DNA of 64,000 nucleotides from contig JAHFLD010000001.1 in NCBI GenBank assembly GCA_023245035.1, positions 196,002 through 260,001 of the forward strand, in the 5' to 3' direction. This document shows, piece after piece, positions 17,443-28,866 of the stretch. Position 1 is the first letter of the stretch. The number at the start of each line of letters is the position of its first letter. The stretch comes from Candidatus Harrisonbacteria bacterium (GTDB lineage: Bacteria; Patescibacteriota; Minisyncoccia; UBA6257; 1-14-0-10-40-38). Under the pieces are notes generated by a model. It did not search any database. It was not told the origin of the DNA and saw nothing but the letters and a program-made list of their open reading frames with translations. The position numbers and the translations under genes were made by a program.

Positions 17443-18999
17443 ATGAAACAAATCATCGAAATCGGCCCCGATCGTCGTCTCACCGCCGAGATTGTAAAAC
17501 TGGTCGCCGAAGATCCAAAAGTTGAAGTCGCGCTCACCAAGCGCGCCAAAAATAAAATCACCGCCTCCCGCAAAGTGGTGGAAAAAATCGTCAAAGAAAA
17601 AATGGTGGTCTATGGAGTTTCCACCGGCTTCGGCAAGTTCAAAGACAAGGCGATTAACGAAAAAGACACCGCCGAATTGCAGAGCAACTTAATTCGCAGT
17701 CACGCGACCGGTGTCGGCGCCCCGCTGTCCGCGGAACTTGTCCGCGCTATTATGCTGGTGCGTCTCAACTCGCTCTCCCAAGGTTATTCCGGTGTTCGTC
17801 TGGAGCTGGTGGAGACCGGACTTAAAATACTCAACTCTGGTGTCATTCCCGTAGTGCCCGCGCAAGGATCGGTTGGCGCTTCGGGAGATTTGGCGCCGCT
17901 CTCGCACCTTGGTTTGGTGCTGATGGGCGAGGGCGAAGCTTGGTTTGGCGGCGAACGCTTGCCTGGCGGGGAGGCCATGTCTCGCGCCGGAATCAAGCCG
18001 ATTATCTTCTCCTCTAAAGAAGGTCTGGCCTGGACCAACGGCACCGCTTTTATGACTGGCATCGCCTCGCTGGCGTTTGAAAAAGCCAAGCACCTGCTAG
18101 ATGTTGCCGACATCGCTTGCGCCTTAACTTTAGAGGGAGTCGCCGGAATCCCAACCGCCTTTGACGAGCGCATTCACCAGCTCCGCGAGCATCCGGGGCA
18201 AATCAAGGTTGCCGAGCACATCCGTGCCCTAACCAAAAATTCCAAATTGGTTAACAAGTTTCCGCAAAGGATTCAGGACTCCTACACGCTCCGTTGCGCT
18301 CCCCAAGTTCACGGCGCGGTGCGCGACGCCGTCTCCTATGTTGAAAAAGTTTTGGAACGCGAACTGCGCGCCGTCACCGACAATCCGTTGATTTTTAACG
18401 AACCGCCCTATGCTCTTTCCGGTGGCAATTTTCACGGCCAGCCGCTTTCAATTTCTATGGATGTCCTCAAAATTGCCATCTCGGGATTGGGTAATATCTC
18501 CGAACGCCGAACCGCCAAACTGGTAGACTCGGCGACTAACGAAGGTTTGCCGCTCTTCCTGATTCCCAAAGAAAAAGCCGGACTGCACAACGGCTTTATG
18601 ATTCCGCAATATACCGCCGCCGCCCTCGTCTCGGAAAATAAGATTCTTTCTCATCCCGCCTCGGTTGATTCCATTCCGACCTCCGCTAACCAAGAGGATC
18701 ATGTAAGCATGGGTTCCATCGCCGCCCGCAAGGCGCTCGAAGTTGTGCAAAACGCGGAGAACATTCTGGCGATTGAACTTCTAACCGCCGCCCAAGCCGT
18801 GGAATTCCGCGACCCGCAAAAACTGGGGCAGGGAACTAAAAAAGCCTACAAAATTATCCGAGCTAAAGTTGCCCCGCTGACCCACGACCGCGTCTTGCAT
18901 TATGATATAGTAGCCGTACAGCAAATAATCGCCGGCAAAAAGCTGGCCAAGATTTTGGAAAATCAAACCGCTAATGGAGCCAAAAAAAGCCGAAACTAA
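17443..18999 (+). CDS. hutH: Histidine ammonia-lyase
   Basis: YGVSTGFG, LIRSHATG (HAL-type SH), MIO-forming GSVGASGDLAPL, QDSYTLRC and NQEDHVSM. Confidence 0.92.
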   Translation: MKQIIEIGPDRRLTAEIVKLVAEDPKVEVALTKRAKNKITASRKVVEKIVKEKMVVYGVSTGFGKFKDKAINEKDTAELQSNLIRSHATGVGAPLSAELVRAIMLVRLNSLSQGYSGVRLELVETGLKILNSGVIPVVPAQGSVGASGDLAPLSHLGLVLMGEGEAWFGGERLPGGEAMSRAGIKPIIFSSKEGLAWTNGTAFMTGIASLAFEKAKHLLDVADIACALTLEGVAGIPTAFDERIHQLREHPGQIKVAEHIRALTKNSKLVNKFPQRIQDSYTLRCAPQVHGAVRDAVSYVEKVLERELRAVTDNPLIFNEPPYALSGGNFHGQPLSISMDVLKIAISGLGNISERRTAKLVDSATNEGLPLFLIPKEKAGLHNGFMIPQYTAAALVSENKILSHPASVDSIPTSANQEDHVSMGSIAARKALEVVQNAENILAIELLTAAQAVEFRDPQKLGQGTKKAYKIIRAKVAPLTHDRVLHYDIVAVQQIIAGKKLAKILENQTANGAKKSRN

Positions 19000-20134
19000 A
19001 ACCGAAAAAATACTTCAGCAACTCATTTCCATTCCGAGCTATGTTGATCAAAAAACCGATGAAGGAAAAATCGGCGATTTTGTCTGCGACTATCTCGCCC
19101 GCTTTTCGCATCTTCGAATAGAAAGGCAAAACCTCGGCGGACAAAGAGCTAACATCATCGTTCGCACGCCGGGCATTCCCAATCTTCTCATCGCCGCCCA
19201 CTTGGACACCGTGGAACCAAAAACCGGCTGGGCTAGTGATCAGTTTTTGCCGCAAATAAACAATGACAAGTTATACGGCCTGGGCGCGGTAGACACCAAG
19301 GGAGGCATTGCCGCCTTGCTTGTAGCGCTCGGCGAAGCCGAATCCGCCAGCGGAGTCACGGCTCTTTTTTACTGCGACGAAGAATATCACTTTGCCGGAA
19401 TGAAGCATTTTTTGGCGAACGAACCAAAATCCTCTTACACTTTAGCTATCGTAACCGAACCGACCGATCTAAAAATCTGGAACGCGCACCGCGGTCTGAT
19501 TCAAGTCCGCCTCATAGTTCGCGGAAAAACCGGTCACGCGGCCAATCCAGAGAGCGGTATCAACGCCATTAAAGGACTTGCGAATGTTCTGCGAGCGGTT
19601 GAGCACTCGCTCAAAAAATGGAAGACCAGAGAATTAAAACAATCAACCATGAATCTTGCTTTTATGCGAGGCGGTCTTGATCGTGGCGCGCGCGACGACC
19701 GGGGCGAAACCATCCTCGGTTCAATGGGCAATAACATCGCCGACTACGCCGAAGCGGTAGTCGAAGTCCGGTCAGCGAACTCAAAGCTCAACGGTCAAAA
19801 ATTGAGCGAGTTGTTGCATCAAGCCTGCGCCAAAGAAAATCTAAAAATAGAAAAAATACAAATCGAACTAGATCTCCAAGCCCTGGTGACGGAAAAAAAG
19901 AAACTGCGCCCCCTGGAATTATTGCTGAAAAATTCCGGAATAAAAGTTTCCTATCTTGATCCGGCAAAAAAGGGCTACAGCGACGGCCAGCTGATTTCCG
20001 AAAAATGGAACCTGCCCGTGGCCTATCTTGGGCCAAGTGGTGGCAATATGCACGGAGTAAATGAATGGGTCAGTCTGGATTCTTTGCGCTTGCTGGGGGA
20101 TTTCTACCGAGTCTTGCTCAAAAGACCGGAATAA
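18974..20134 (+). CDS. M20 family (ArgE/DapE-like) metallo-deacylase
   Basis: AHLDTV, GLGAVDTKGG, DEE, EPT, GKTGHA and MHGVNE. Confidence 0.85.
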   Translation: MEPKKAETKTEKILQQLISIPSYVDQKTDEGKIGDFVCDYLARFSHLRIERQNLGGQRANIIVRTPGIPNLLIAAHLDTVEPKTGWASDQFLPQINNDKLYGLGAVDTKGGIAALLVALGEAESASGVTALFYCDEEYHFAGMKHFLANEPKSSYTLAIVTEPTDLKIWNAHRGLIQVRLIVRGKTGHAANPESGINAIKGLANVLRAVEHSLKKWKTRELKQSTMNLAFMRGGLDRGARDDRGETILGSMGNNIADYAEAVVEVRSANSKLNGQKLSELLHQACAKENLKIEKIQIELDLQALVTEKKKLRPLELLLKNSGIKVSYLDPAKKGYSDGQLISEKWNLPVAYLGPSGGNMHGVNEWVSLDSLRLLGDFYRVLLKRPE

Positions 20135-20181
20135 TCTAGAATCCCAAATGTTCGCTGTGTCCTTTAACAAAGGAGGCGGTT

Positions 20182-20844
20182 GTGTTGCAGAACTCGATTG
20201 AATTTGTCCGGTGCAACGGTTCCAAAAGTCTGGCTCCGGAGCTCATGGCGCAATTGTTTGATTGTTATCCGCCAATTTACGCCGAAGCTCCCTGGTTTGA
20301 ATGGAAGAAGTGCTCGGTGTGCAAACGGCAATGGGGGACGGTTCATCAAGAAGAACTGGCCCTAACCGACTTCATGCATTGCGGTGAGCCGCTGGTTGAA
20401 TTTTGGCCTAGAGCGACCGTTGAAAGCGACCTCAAAGAAGCGATGGATGCAAGCGGTGCTTCGTTCTGGCTCGCCCTTCAAGGGAATCGTTTGGTTGGCT
20501 TCTGCTATGGCTACGCCAAAACCCCCGAAAAACTGGAAGAGCAAATGGAGCGCCCCGGCTTGGCGCTAGCAGTCAAAGAAAAATTTGGCGCCTCGGTAAG
20601 ATACGTGGCCTATCAAGCGGACATCGCGCTCATTCCCGAATTTCGCGGTCGACATTTGGCAAGCCAGATGTTTGAACTGCGCCGCAAGGATTTTCTCGCT
20701 CAAGGGATGCAGATCGGCGTAGTCCGGGTCAAGATGGATCCGCCGAGCGTTACCTATCTCTGGTATACCACCAAGCTCGGTTACGAAGTCATTAGCGAAT
20801 ACCATGATGCCGGCAAGCGCGTTCTCCTCGCTCGAAGTCTGTAG
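20182..20844 (+). CDS. GNAT family acetyltransferase with Cys-rich insert
   Basis: YAEAPWFE, CSVC...HCG and acetyl-CoA motif PEFRGRHLA. AGGAGG upstream and terminator hairpin downstream. Confidence 0.75.
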   Translation: MLQNSIEFVRCNGSKSLAPELMAQLFDCYPPIYAEAPWFEWKKCSVCKRQWGTVHQEELALTDFMHCGEPLVEFWPRATVESDLKEAMDASGASFWLALQGNRLVGFCYGYAKTPEKLEEQMERPGLALAVKEKFGASVRYVAYQADIALIPEFRGRHLASQMFELRRKDFLAQGMQIGVVRVKMDPPSVTYLWYTTKLGYEVISEYHDAGKRVLLARSL

Positions 20845-20935
20845 TTCTCAACCACGACGGCGCCCCTCGGCGCCGTTTTATATTTTAATCAAAGGAGTTA
20901 GTATCTAAATAGATTCCCCAGTAGTTTCATTTTCA

Positions 20936-22243
20936 ATGACTAATTCGCTAAGTATCATGGGCGGCAAGCCTCTTCGGGGCCAAGTAATCGTTCGTGGCGC
21001 CAAAAACGCGGTTGCCAAAGAAATGGTGGCCGCGCTCTTAACCGCGGAGACCTGTCTGCTCAAAAATGTTTCAAACGTGCAAGATACCGAAATTGTCGCG
21101 AGTATGATTCAAGCCATGGGCGGAGAGGTGAGCCCGAAAGGGGACGGAGTTCTGGCGATCAAGGCCGCCAAACTCCATTCCGTCCACTACCGCGAGCTCA
21201 AACACATCGCCGGCAAAAGCCGGATTCCAATTCTTTTCGCCGGCCCGCTTCTCGCGCGTTTTGGCGAGGCCATGCTTCCCGAGTTGGGCGGTTGCGGCAT
21301 CGGCGAACGGCCGATTAACTTTCATCTGGACGCTTTGCAAAAAATGGGCGCCACGATAGAAATGATCCCGAAAGGCGTGCATCTTAAGGCCAAAAAACTC
21401 ATCGGCGCCAAAATTCATCTGCAGTTTTCAAGCGTCGGCGCGACCGAGCAGGTCTTGCTCGCCGGAGTTCTGGCCGAAGGAGTAACCACGCTCACTAACG
21501 CCGCTATTGAACCCGAGATTTTAGACTTAATCGCGGTTCTGCAAAAAATGGGCGCGATTATCTCGGTTGATACCGATCGAGTCATCACAATTACCGGCGT
21601 CAAAGAACTCAAAGCCTACGAGCACTCCACGATTCCCGATCGCAACGAAACCGTCTCCTGGGCCTGCGCCGCCGCCGCTACCAACGGAAAAATTAAGATC
21701 AAAAACGCCCGCCAAACCGACATCATGACTTTTTTAAACGTCTTCCGTCTGGTGGGTGGGGAATTCGAGGTCGCGGACGATGGCATAACCTTCTTCCGCG
21801 GAGCCGAAGGGTTAAAACCCATCACGCTCGAAACCGGCGTCCACCCGGGCTTTATGACCGACTGGCAACAGCCGATGACTATCTTGCTCACTCAAGCGAA
21901 CGGCACTTCTATCATCCACGAGACGGTCTACGAAGAGCGCTTTGGCTATATTCACGCGCTCAACCAGATGGGCGCAAAAATTAAACTTCACACCGAATGT
22001 CTTGGTGGCAAACTTTGTCGCTACTCGCAAAGGGGCTACCAACATAGCGCCATCATCACCGGCCCGACACCCCTCCACTCGGCGAATATCGAAGTTCCCG
22101 ACCTCCGCGCCGGATTTTCCTACGTGGTCGCCGCGCTCGTCGCCAACGGAACTTCAACCATCGGCAATATCGGCCTCATCAACCGCGGCTACGAAAACTT
22201 TGTGGAAAAATTATTGTTGCTTGGAGCGGAAGTCACGGAGTAG
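20936..22243 (+). CDS. murA: UDP-N-acetylglucosamine 1-carboxyvinyltransferase
   Basis: GAKNA, GGCGIGERP (Cys115 type), SVGATE, HPGFMTDWQ, ETVYEERF and DLRAG. Confidence 0.95.
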   Translation: MTNSLSIMGGKPLRGQVIVRGAKNAVAKEMVAALLTAETCLLKNVSNVQDTEIVASMIQAMGGEVSPKGDGVLAIKAAKLHSVHYRELKHIAGKSRIPILFAGPLLARFGEAMLPELGGCGIGERPINFHLDALQKMGATIEMIPKGVHLKAKKLIGAKIHLQFSSVGATEQVLLAGVLAEGVTTLTNAAIEPEILDLIAVLQKMGAIISVDTDRVITITGVKELKAYEHSTIPDRNETVSWACAAAATNGKIKIKNARQTDIMTFLNVFRLVGGEFEVADDGITFFRGAEGLKPITLETGVHPGFMTDWQQPMTILLTQANGTSIIHETVYEERFGYIHALNQMGAKIKLHTECLGGKLCRYSQRGYQHSAIITGPTPLHSANIEVPDLRAGFSYVVAALVANGTSTIGNIGLINRGYENFVEKLLLLGAEVTE

Positions 22244-22251
22244 GGTAGAGC

Positions 22252-22280
22252 TGTCATCCCTGCGAAGGCAGGGATCTAGA
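22252..22280. repeat. REP-like palindrome GTCATCCCTGCGAAGGCAGGGATC
   Basis: Stem ATCCCTGC/GCAGGGAT directly after murA. Confidence 0.6.
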
Positions 22281-22327
22281 CCCAACCAATTTGCTTTTCT
22301 CTCGCGATTAGTATATACTGATTCCAT

Positions 22328-22981
22328 ATGAAAAAATCACTTTTAGTTGGAGCGACGGTCTTATTCACCGTTTTCGGTATTTTTTCTTTTGCCGGAGCGC
22401 AAGCGGTCAATGTACCAACCCTTGGTCAAATTTGGAGCGCGATTTTGCAATTAAGAAATGCCGTCGCCAATATTCAACTTACACCCGGGCCCCAAGGTGT
22501 CGCCGGCCCACAGGGCCCGCAAGGGATTCCAGGTCAGCAACTGCATTTATATGATGCGAACAACCAGGATTTGGGGGTGTTGGTGAATAGCGATCCGGAT
22601 TATGTAGGAAGAAAATTTACTTCATACCTCAGTCAGGAAGAAATTTTTCTTAAATTTGAACATCAGTATTCCAATTCTTTGGGGTTCTCTGTTAATCTCC
22701 CTCCCTCGGGGGGATCAGTTAAATATTCTCAACTAAATTGCCAAGGTCAGGCTTTTACAAGCTTTCCCGGGTACGTTCGTGGTGCTTTCTTCGTAAACAG
22801 CAACGGAGCTCACCATTTATTTAAATATATTTATGTATCCAATGTTTCATATGCGTCAACGCTGTCAGAGCTAGCACCATCAGGATGTGTAAATAGTGCA
22901 AACACAGATACGTCCTATCCAATTCAAGAAGTTCCCTTACCCTTCACCGAACCCCTCGTATATCCGCTTCATATCCAGTAA
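22328..22981 (+). CDS. Secreted protein with short collagen-like (Gly-X-Y) segment
   Basis: Signal peptide, then GPQGVAGPQGPQGIPGQQ followed by LYDANNQDLG. Confidence 0.7.
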   Translation: MKKSLLVGATVLFTVFGIFSFAGAQAVNVPTLGQIWSAILQLRNAVANIQLTPGPQGVAGPQGPQGIPGQQLHLYDANNQDLGVLVNSDPDYVGRKFTSYLSQEEIFLKFEHQYSNSLGFSVNLPPSGGSVKYSQLNCQGQAFTSFPGYVRGAFFVNSNGAHHLFKYIYVSNVSYASTLSELAPSGCVNSANTDTSYPIQEVPLPFTEPLVYPLHIQ

Positions 22982-22998
22982 CTCTAAAAACTAAAAAT

Positions 22999-23307
22999 AT
23001 GAAAGACTATTCGCTCGAAGATTTAGCAGATATTCGTAAAATCCTAAATGAAAAATATTTTAAGAACACAAATTATTTTTGCCAAGAAGTTAGCATTAAA
23101 GAAAGTATTATTCGGTCAATAAAAACTAAGCATGGAAATTATATAACAAGTTGCAAATTAATTACTGCATCTAAAGAAAATTATTTAAATGATATTTTTC
23201 ATTTTGTGAGTAAAATAAGCGTTGAATATGTTGCTCTACAACTCGCACATAAAATTTGGGCAAAAATTTATGGATCAAAGAAAAGTCAACTTTATAAAAA
23301 TCTTTAG
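22999..23307 (+). CDS. Hypothetical protein (AT-rich)
   Basis: ORF only. Confidence 0.45.
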   Translation: MKDYSLEDLADIRKILNEKYFKNTNYFCQEVSIKESIIRSIKTKHGNYITSCKLITASKENYLNDIFHFVSKISVEYVALQLAHKIWAKIYGSKKSQLYKNL

Positions 23308-23340
23308 GAAGAATCGTCTTCAAAAAAGACACACTAAATT

Positions 23341-23625
23341 ATGCAGATTTCATCTGGCAGTCCTGCCTCACCTGATAACGATGCCATTCGAGAACTTAGG
23401 GATGGCGTTAATAGATTGAACAAAACGATTGAGACCTCTAATAAGGTGAATGAAAAATTCACATTGATTCTTTTAACCGTTGCACTGTTTCAGCTTTTAG
23501 TACCTTTCTTTCTTGGGGGTGTAATCGATGCTTGGAAAGGAGTACTCGTTGAAGTTTTTTTATTCATTTTCCTGTATTTTGTAGTGGGCTTAAAACATAA
23601 AAATCGGAAAAGCGAAAAGTCATAA
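23341..23625 (+). CDS. Hypothetical 2-TM membrane protein
   Basis: Short coiled segment followed by two hydrophobic helices. Confidence 0.5.
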   Translation: MQISSGSPASPDNDAIRELRDGVNRLNKTIETSNKVNEKFTLILLTVALFQLLVPFFLGGVIDAWKGVLVEVFLFIFLYFVVGLKHKNRKSEKS

Positions 23626-23718
23626 TAAAATCATTCCATCGGTATTACATACAAGAGAACTTTTTATCATTATATTATTAGAATTTGATTAGAAATTGGT
23701 CATTGGATATTTCTCTTC

Positions 23719-24405
23719 TCATCCCCCTCCCATCCGCCTCCGTTTTTCAAACTCCGCAAGCGCCGCGGCAAACTGCTTCTCCTTAAAATCCGGCCACAAG
23801 TCACGGGTAAAATAAAACTCCGCGTCCGCCGTGTTCCACATCATAAACCCCGAACTCCAATGAGGTTCGCCTCCGGTGCGAATCACTAAATCCACCGGCG
23901 GAAGTTCTCCGGTCCACATCAATTTGCGCAAAACCTTTTCATTTACCGGTTGAGAAATTTTCCGCGCCTCGTTTATTGCGGCGAGCATTTCGCGCCGTCC
24001 GTCATAGGCCATCAGAAAAGTTAGGTGATGGCGGGAAAACTTTTTCGTTTTTTCCTGCAACTCATCAATCGTTTTTTTTAACTTGGCGGGAAAGTAGTCT
24101 CGCCACTCGCCGATAACCCGCACCCGCACCTGATTTTTAGTAATCGTTTCGCTGGTCAGCAAGTCGTTAAAATGCTCCAAAAAAAGTTTGAACAAAAAAC
24201 GCACCTCGTTAACGCTCCGCTTCAAAACATTGTCTCGCGAAGTGCCCCAGGCCGAAAGATAAGTAACACCCTGGGCAATCGCCTCGTCTAAAATAGTCCG
24301 CAAAGACCTTACCCCCTCGGTGTGGCCATCCGAATTCTTTAGCCCCTTCTCCTGTGCCCAACGGCGGTTACCGTCGGGAATAATGGCGATATGATGTGGG
24401 TGCAT
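23719..24405 (-). CDS. uppS: Undecaprenyl diphosphate synthase
   Basis: HIAIIPDGNRRWA, YDGRRE and DLVIRTGGE. Confidence 0.93.
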   Translation of the reverse strand: MHPHHIAIIPDGNRRWAQEKGLKNSDGHTEGVRSLRTILDEAIAQGVTYLSAWGTSRDNVLKRSVNEVRFLFKLFLEHFNDLLTSETITKNQVRVRVIGEWRDYFPAKLKKTIDELQEKTKKFSRHHLTFLMAYDGRREMLAAINEARKISQPVNEKVLRKLMWTGELPPVDLVIRTGGEPHWSSGFMMWNTADAEFYFTRDLWPDFKEKQFAAALAEFEKRRRMGGG

Positions 24406-24463
24406 AAGAAGTTAAACCGCCAGATATAAAAAAATGTTTACCCTCGACCCTCAACCCTAAACC

Positions 24464-24751
24464 TTGTACCCTAATTTTGTGCGCTACGAAAGACTAAGAA
24501 TCTACGGCCGGGTGCAAATGGTGCTTTTTCGCGATTCTACCCGGACTCGCGCCCAAAAACTTGGGCTAAAAGGCTTTGTTCGCAACCGCAAAGACGGCTC
24601 GGTGGAAATCTATGCCGCCGGAAGAGGCGAAGCCATAGAAAAACTCTTCGCCTGGGCCATGTCGGGCCCGCCCTTGGCGTCGGTCAAAAAATACGAACGG
24701 GACTCCTGTGAGCTCCCGCTCGTCTGCGATCGCTTTTACTTGGTTCTCTGA
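24464..24751 (+). CDS. acyP: Acylphosphatase
   Basis: GRVQMVLFR, GFVRNRKDGSVE and GPPLA. Confidence 0.85.
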   Translation: MYPNFVRYERLRIYGRVQMVLFRDSTRTRAQKLGLKGFVRNRKDGSVEIYAAGRGEAIEKLFAWAMSGPPLASVKKYERDSCELPLVCDRFYLVL

Positions 24752-25053
24752 TTCCGCGATCCCGGAATACCGCCGGCTTTGACCACGGCGATCTTCTTGG
24801 CCTTGGCCGCTCGCCTACGTTCGGTCTTCTTTGGCGTTGCCACCACGGCAGCCGCTTTAACTCTTCGCGACTTGAACCGCTCCACCTTGCCGGCCGTATC
24901 AATCAGCTTTTCCGTTCCGGTATAGAAAGGATGGCACTGGGAGCAGATTTCCGTGCTTATCTTCTCCTTGGTAGAACCCACGACCAGCGTGGATCCGCAG
25001 GCGCAGATAACTTTGGCGTTCTCGTAATATGCTGGGTGGAGGTCTTTTTTCAT
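24736..25053 (-). CDS. rpmE: 50S ribosomal protein L31 with basic C-terminal extension
   Basis: MKKDLHPAY, CACG, ICSQCHPFYTG and DTAGKVERF. Confidence 0.95.
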   Translation of the reverse strand: MKKDLHPAYYENAKVICACGSTLVVGSTKEKISTEICSQCHPFYTGTEKLIDTAGKVERFKSRRVKAAAVVATPKKTERRRAAKAKKIAVVKAGGIPGSRNQRTK

Positions 25054-25267
25054 AGAGTCCTCATTATAACTATTTTTAGGTGCGGGTCAATAACCCCCGG
25101 TAATTAGGTTTCGGCTCATGGCGATTGGCGTCTGGGGTCAAATCCATCACTAAACGCTAACCGCTTATCACTAGCCACTAACCGCTCAACGCTAGACGCT
25201 TTTATGTATGCTATACTGCTCTAAAATAAATCGTCGAAAATTGACTAAACTTAATCAAAATAAAAAA

Positions 25268-25756
25268 ATGTTAAAAAAAATGTGGAGTTGCGAGTGCGGT
25301 TCAAAATGGAGTGGCGTGGGAATGATGATTTTGCGGGTCGTGGTCGGCTTGACCTTTGCCTTGCACGGCTGGCAAAAATTACAGGGAGGAGTTGAAGGTG
25401 TGGTCGGCTTTTTTAACCAGCTTGGAATTCCGGCCGCTGGTTTCTTTGGGCCATTTATCACTTGGCTGGAACTCCTGGGCGGTATCGCGCTTATCATCGG
25501 CGTCGGCGCTCATTGGGCCGCGAAATTGTTGGCCATTAATATGATTGTGGCGATTTTTACGGCGCACATCAGCAACGGATTTTTTGTGAACAAGGGGGGA
25601 GTGGAGTTGCCCTTGGTTCTGCTCGCGGCCCTTATCGCTATCATGTGCAATTCTTGGCATGGCAGTTTTTTCTGCTGTGGCAGTGCCTGCAAAAACGAGA
25701 AGCATAAGCACCAAGATCACGGTATGCCGGAAGGTGGAATGAATCACACCCACTAA
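25268..25756 (+). CDS. DoxX family membrane protein with Cys/His-rich termini
   Basis: LRVVVG...HGWQK, ELLGG and GGVELP. Confidence 0.85.
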   Translation: MLKKMWSCECGSKWSGVGMMILRVVVGLTFALHGWQKLQGGVEGVVGFFNQLGIPAAGFFGPFITWLELLGGIALIIGVGAHWAAKLLAINMIVAIFTAHISNGFFVNKGGVELPLVLLAALIAIMCNSWHGSFFCCGSACKNEKHKHQDHGMPEGGMNHTH

Positions 25757-25782
25757 CGGAATCTGGTCTTAATCTTGAATTT

Positions 25783-25810
25783 AAAAATCCCCGCTTTTGC
25801 GGGGATTTTT
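25783..25810. terminator. Bidirectional intrinsic terminator
   Basis: AAAAATCCCCGC-TTTT-GCGGGGATTTTT. Confidence 0.85.
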
Positions 25811-25864
25811 ATTAGGGGTTTTTATCCCAGGAAAACGTAGTCAGCCTCTTTTATTATTTAGAGC

Positions 25865-25988
25865 TAGAGCCTATTCATTTGAATGCAGTTTGAGGCGCGG
25901 GCGAGGAGCGGAATAAGCTGTACTTATTCAAGTACTGCGCCCGGCACCACAGCCCGCAACAAAAAAATGCGTCAAAGGATAGGCTCTA
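25865..25988. mobile_element. MITE-like element with terminal inverted repeats
   Basis: TAGAGCCTAT...ATAGGCTCTA ends, with imperfect pairing extending inward and no ORF. Confidence 0.55.
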
Positions 25989-25998
25989 TCGCCCCCTG

Positions 25999-26028
25999 TT
26001 GACACGCCAATACCTCTGCCCCTATAAT
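25999..26028 (+). promoter_or_regulatory. rRNA promoter
   Basis: TTGACA, 18 bp spacer, TATAAT. BoxA-like GGCCTTTGAAAA at 26066-26077. Confidence 0.85.
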
Positions 26029-26204
26029 GGTTTCTACCTGCCAGATACGGCCGGGCTGATTTCTTGGCCTTTGAAAAGTTAATCACCGATAATGAGTCAA
26101 AGATTTTATAGTTGTCCCAATGTTTAGAAGTTACTGATTTACGAATCGTGGCGAACTTGCGAATTTATTCGCATATTCGTACGCATTCGTATATTTGTAA
26201 TTTC

Positions 26205-27866
<1,662 letters not shown>

Positions 27867-28195
27867 TACACTTTCTCACCTTGCTTCGGCAGGAGAAAAA
27901 GTGGAGTGTCGATCTATAAAAAAAGAAGGTGTTGACCGATGAACCTTAAGTCTCGGTCCGTCAGTCGCTTCGGCGACCGCGTAAGGTTTTAGATATTGAG
28001 ATGGCGCAAGCCGTCGCGATTTATAAGACTATTGGGGCAACTATAAAGTGTTTGGACTCAAATTAACGGTAAGCAACAATCAAAAATCGGTACAAGAAAA
28101 ACAGCCAAAACCACAGAGCTGTTTTTTTTGTTATAATAATATGGTAGACATAAAAGAGCGCGGACAATCCCGTGCCAGGTAGTCTTGTATATCAA

Positions 28196-28585
28196 ATGGC
28201 CACTATTCTGTTAGTTGAAGACGATCAATTCCTTTCTTCATTGCTCAAAAATCGCCTCACCCGCGAGGGTTTCACCGTTGCTCACGCCGACAGCGGTCCG
28301 GCGGCTATAGAAATTTTAAAAACCACTCGGCCGGATTTGATGTTGTTGGATCTGATTCTTCCCGAAAAATCCGGTTTTGAAATTTTGGAAGAAATCAAAA
28401 GTGATCCTCGCCTCCAAGGTACAAAATTTCCGGTTATCATCACCTCTAATCTCGGTCAAGAAAGCGACATGGCCAAAGGCAAAGACTTGGGCGTGGTTGA
28501 TTACTTTGTCAAAGCCCGCATCTCTATCGACGAAATTGTTTCCAAGATTAAAAACGTTCTGGCCAGCACATCCGCTAGATCCTAG
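28196..28585 (+). CDS. Single-domain response regulator receiver
   Basis: ILLVEDD, PDLMLLDLILP, SGFE, TSN and YFVKA. Confidence 0.9.
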   Translation: MATILLVEDDQFLSSLLKNRLTREGFTVAHADSGPAAIEILKTTRPDLMLLDLILPEKSGFEILEEIKSDPRLQGTKFPVIITSNLGQESDMAKGKDLGVVDYFVKARISIDEIVSKIKNVLASTSARS

Positions 28586-28866
28586 TTTTTACTAGCTTTT
28601 TCCTAAGTGTTACCAGGGCAGCGACCGGCCATAAATATCCAAAAAGAGGATAAGAAGCAGTTATTAACAATACCTAGTTGCAATAAGTGCTATAATCAAA
28701 CCAGCTTTTGTGAGCGCACCTTGGACTACGGAATGCGTTTTAGCCTATTTTTTAGGAGATTTTTATCAAGTCTTAATCAAGATTTGCCGAAAATCAAAAA
28801 ACCGCATTCCGTAGTTCAAGGAAATGGTCGATGAAATAAAGATTAATGAAATAATTAATTGAAACT

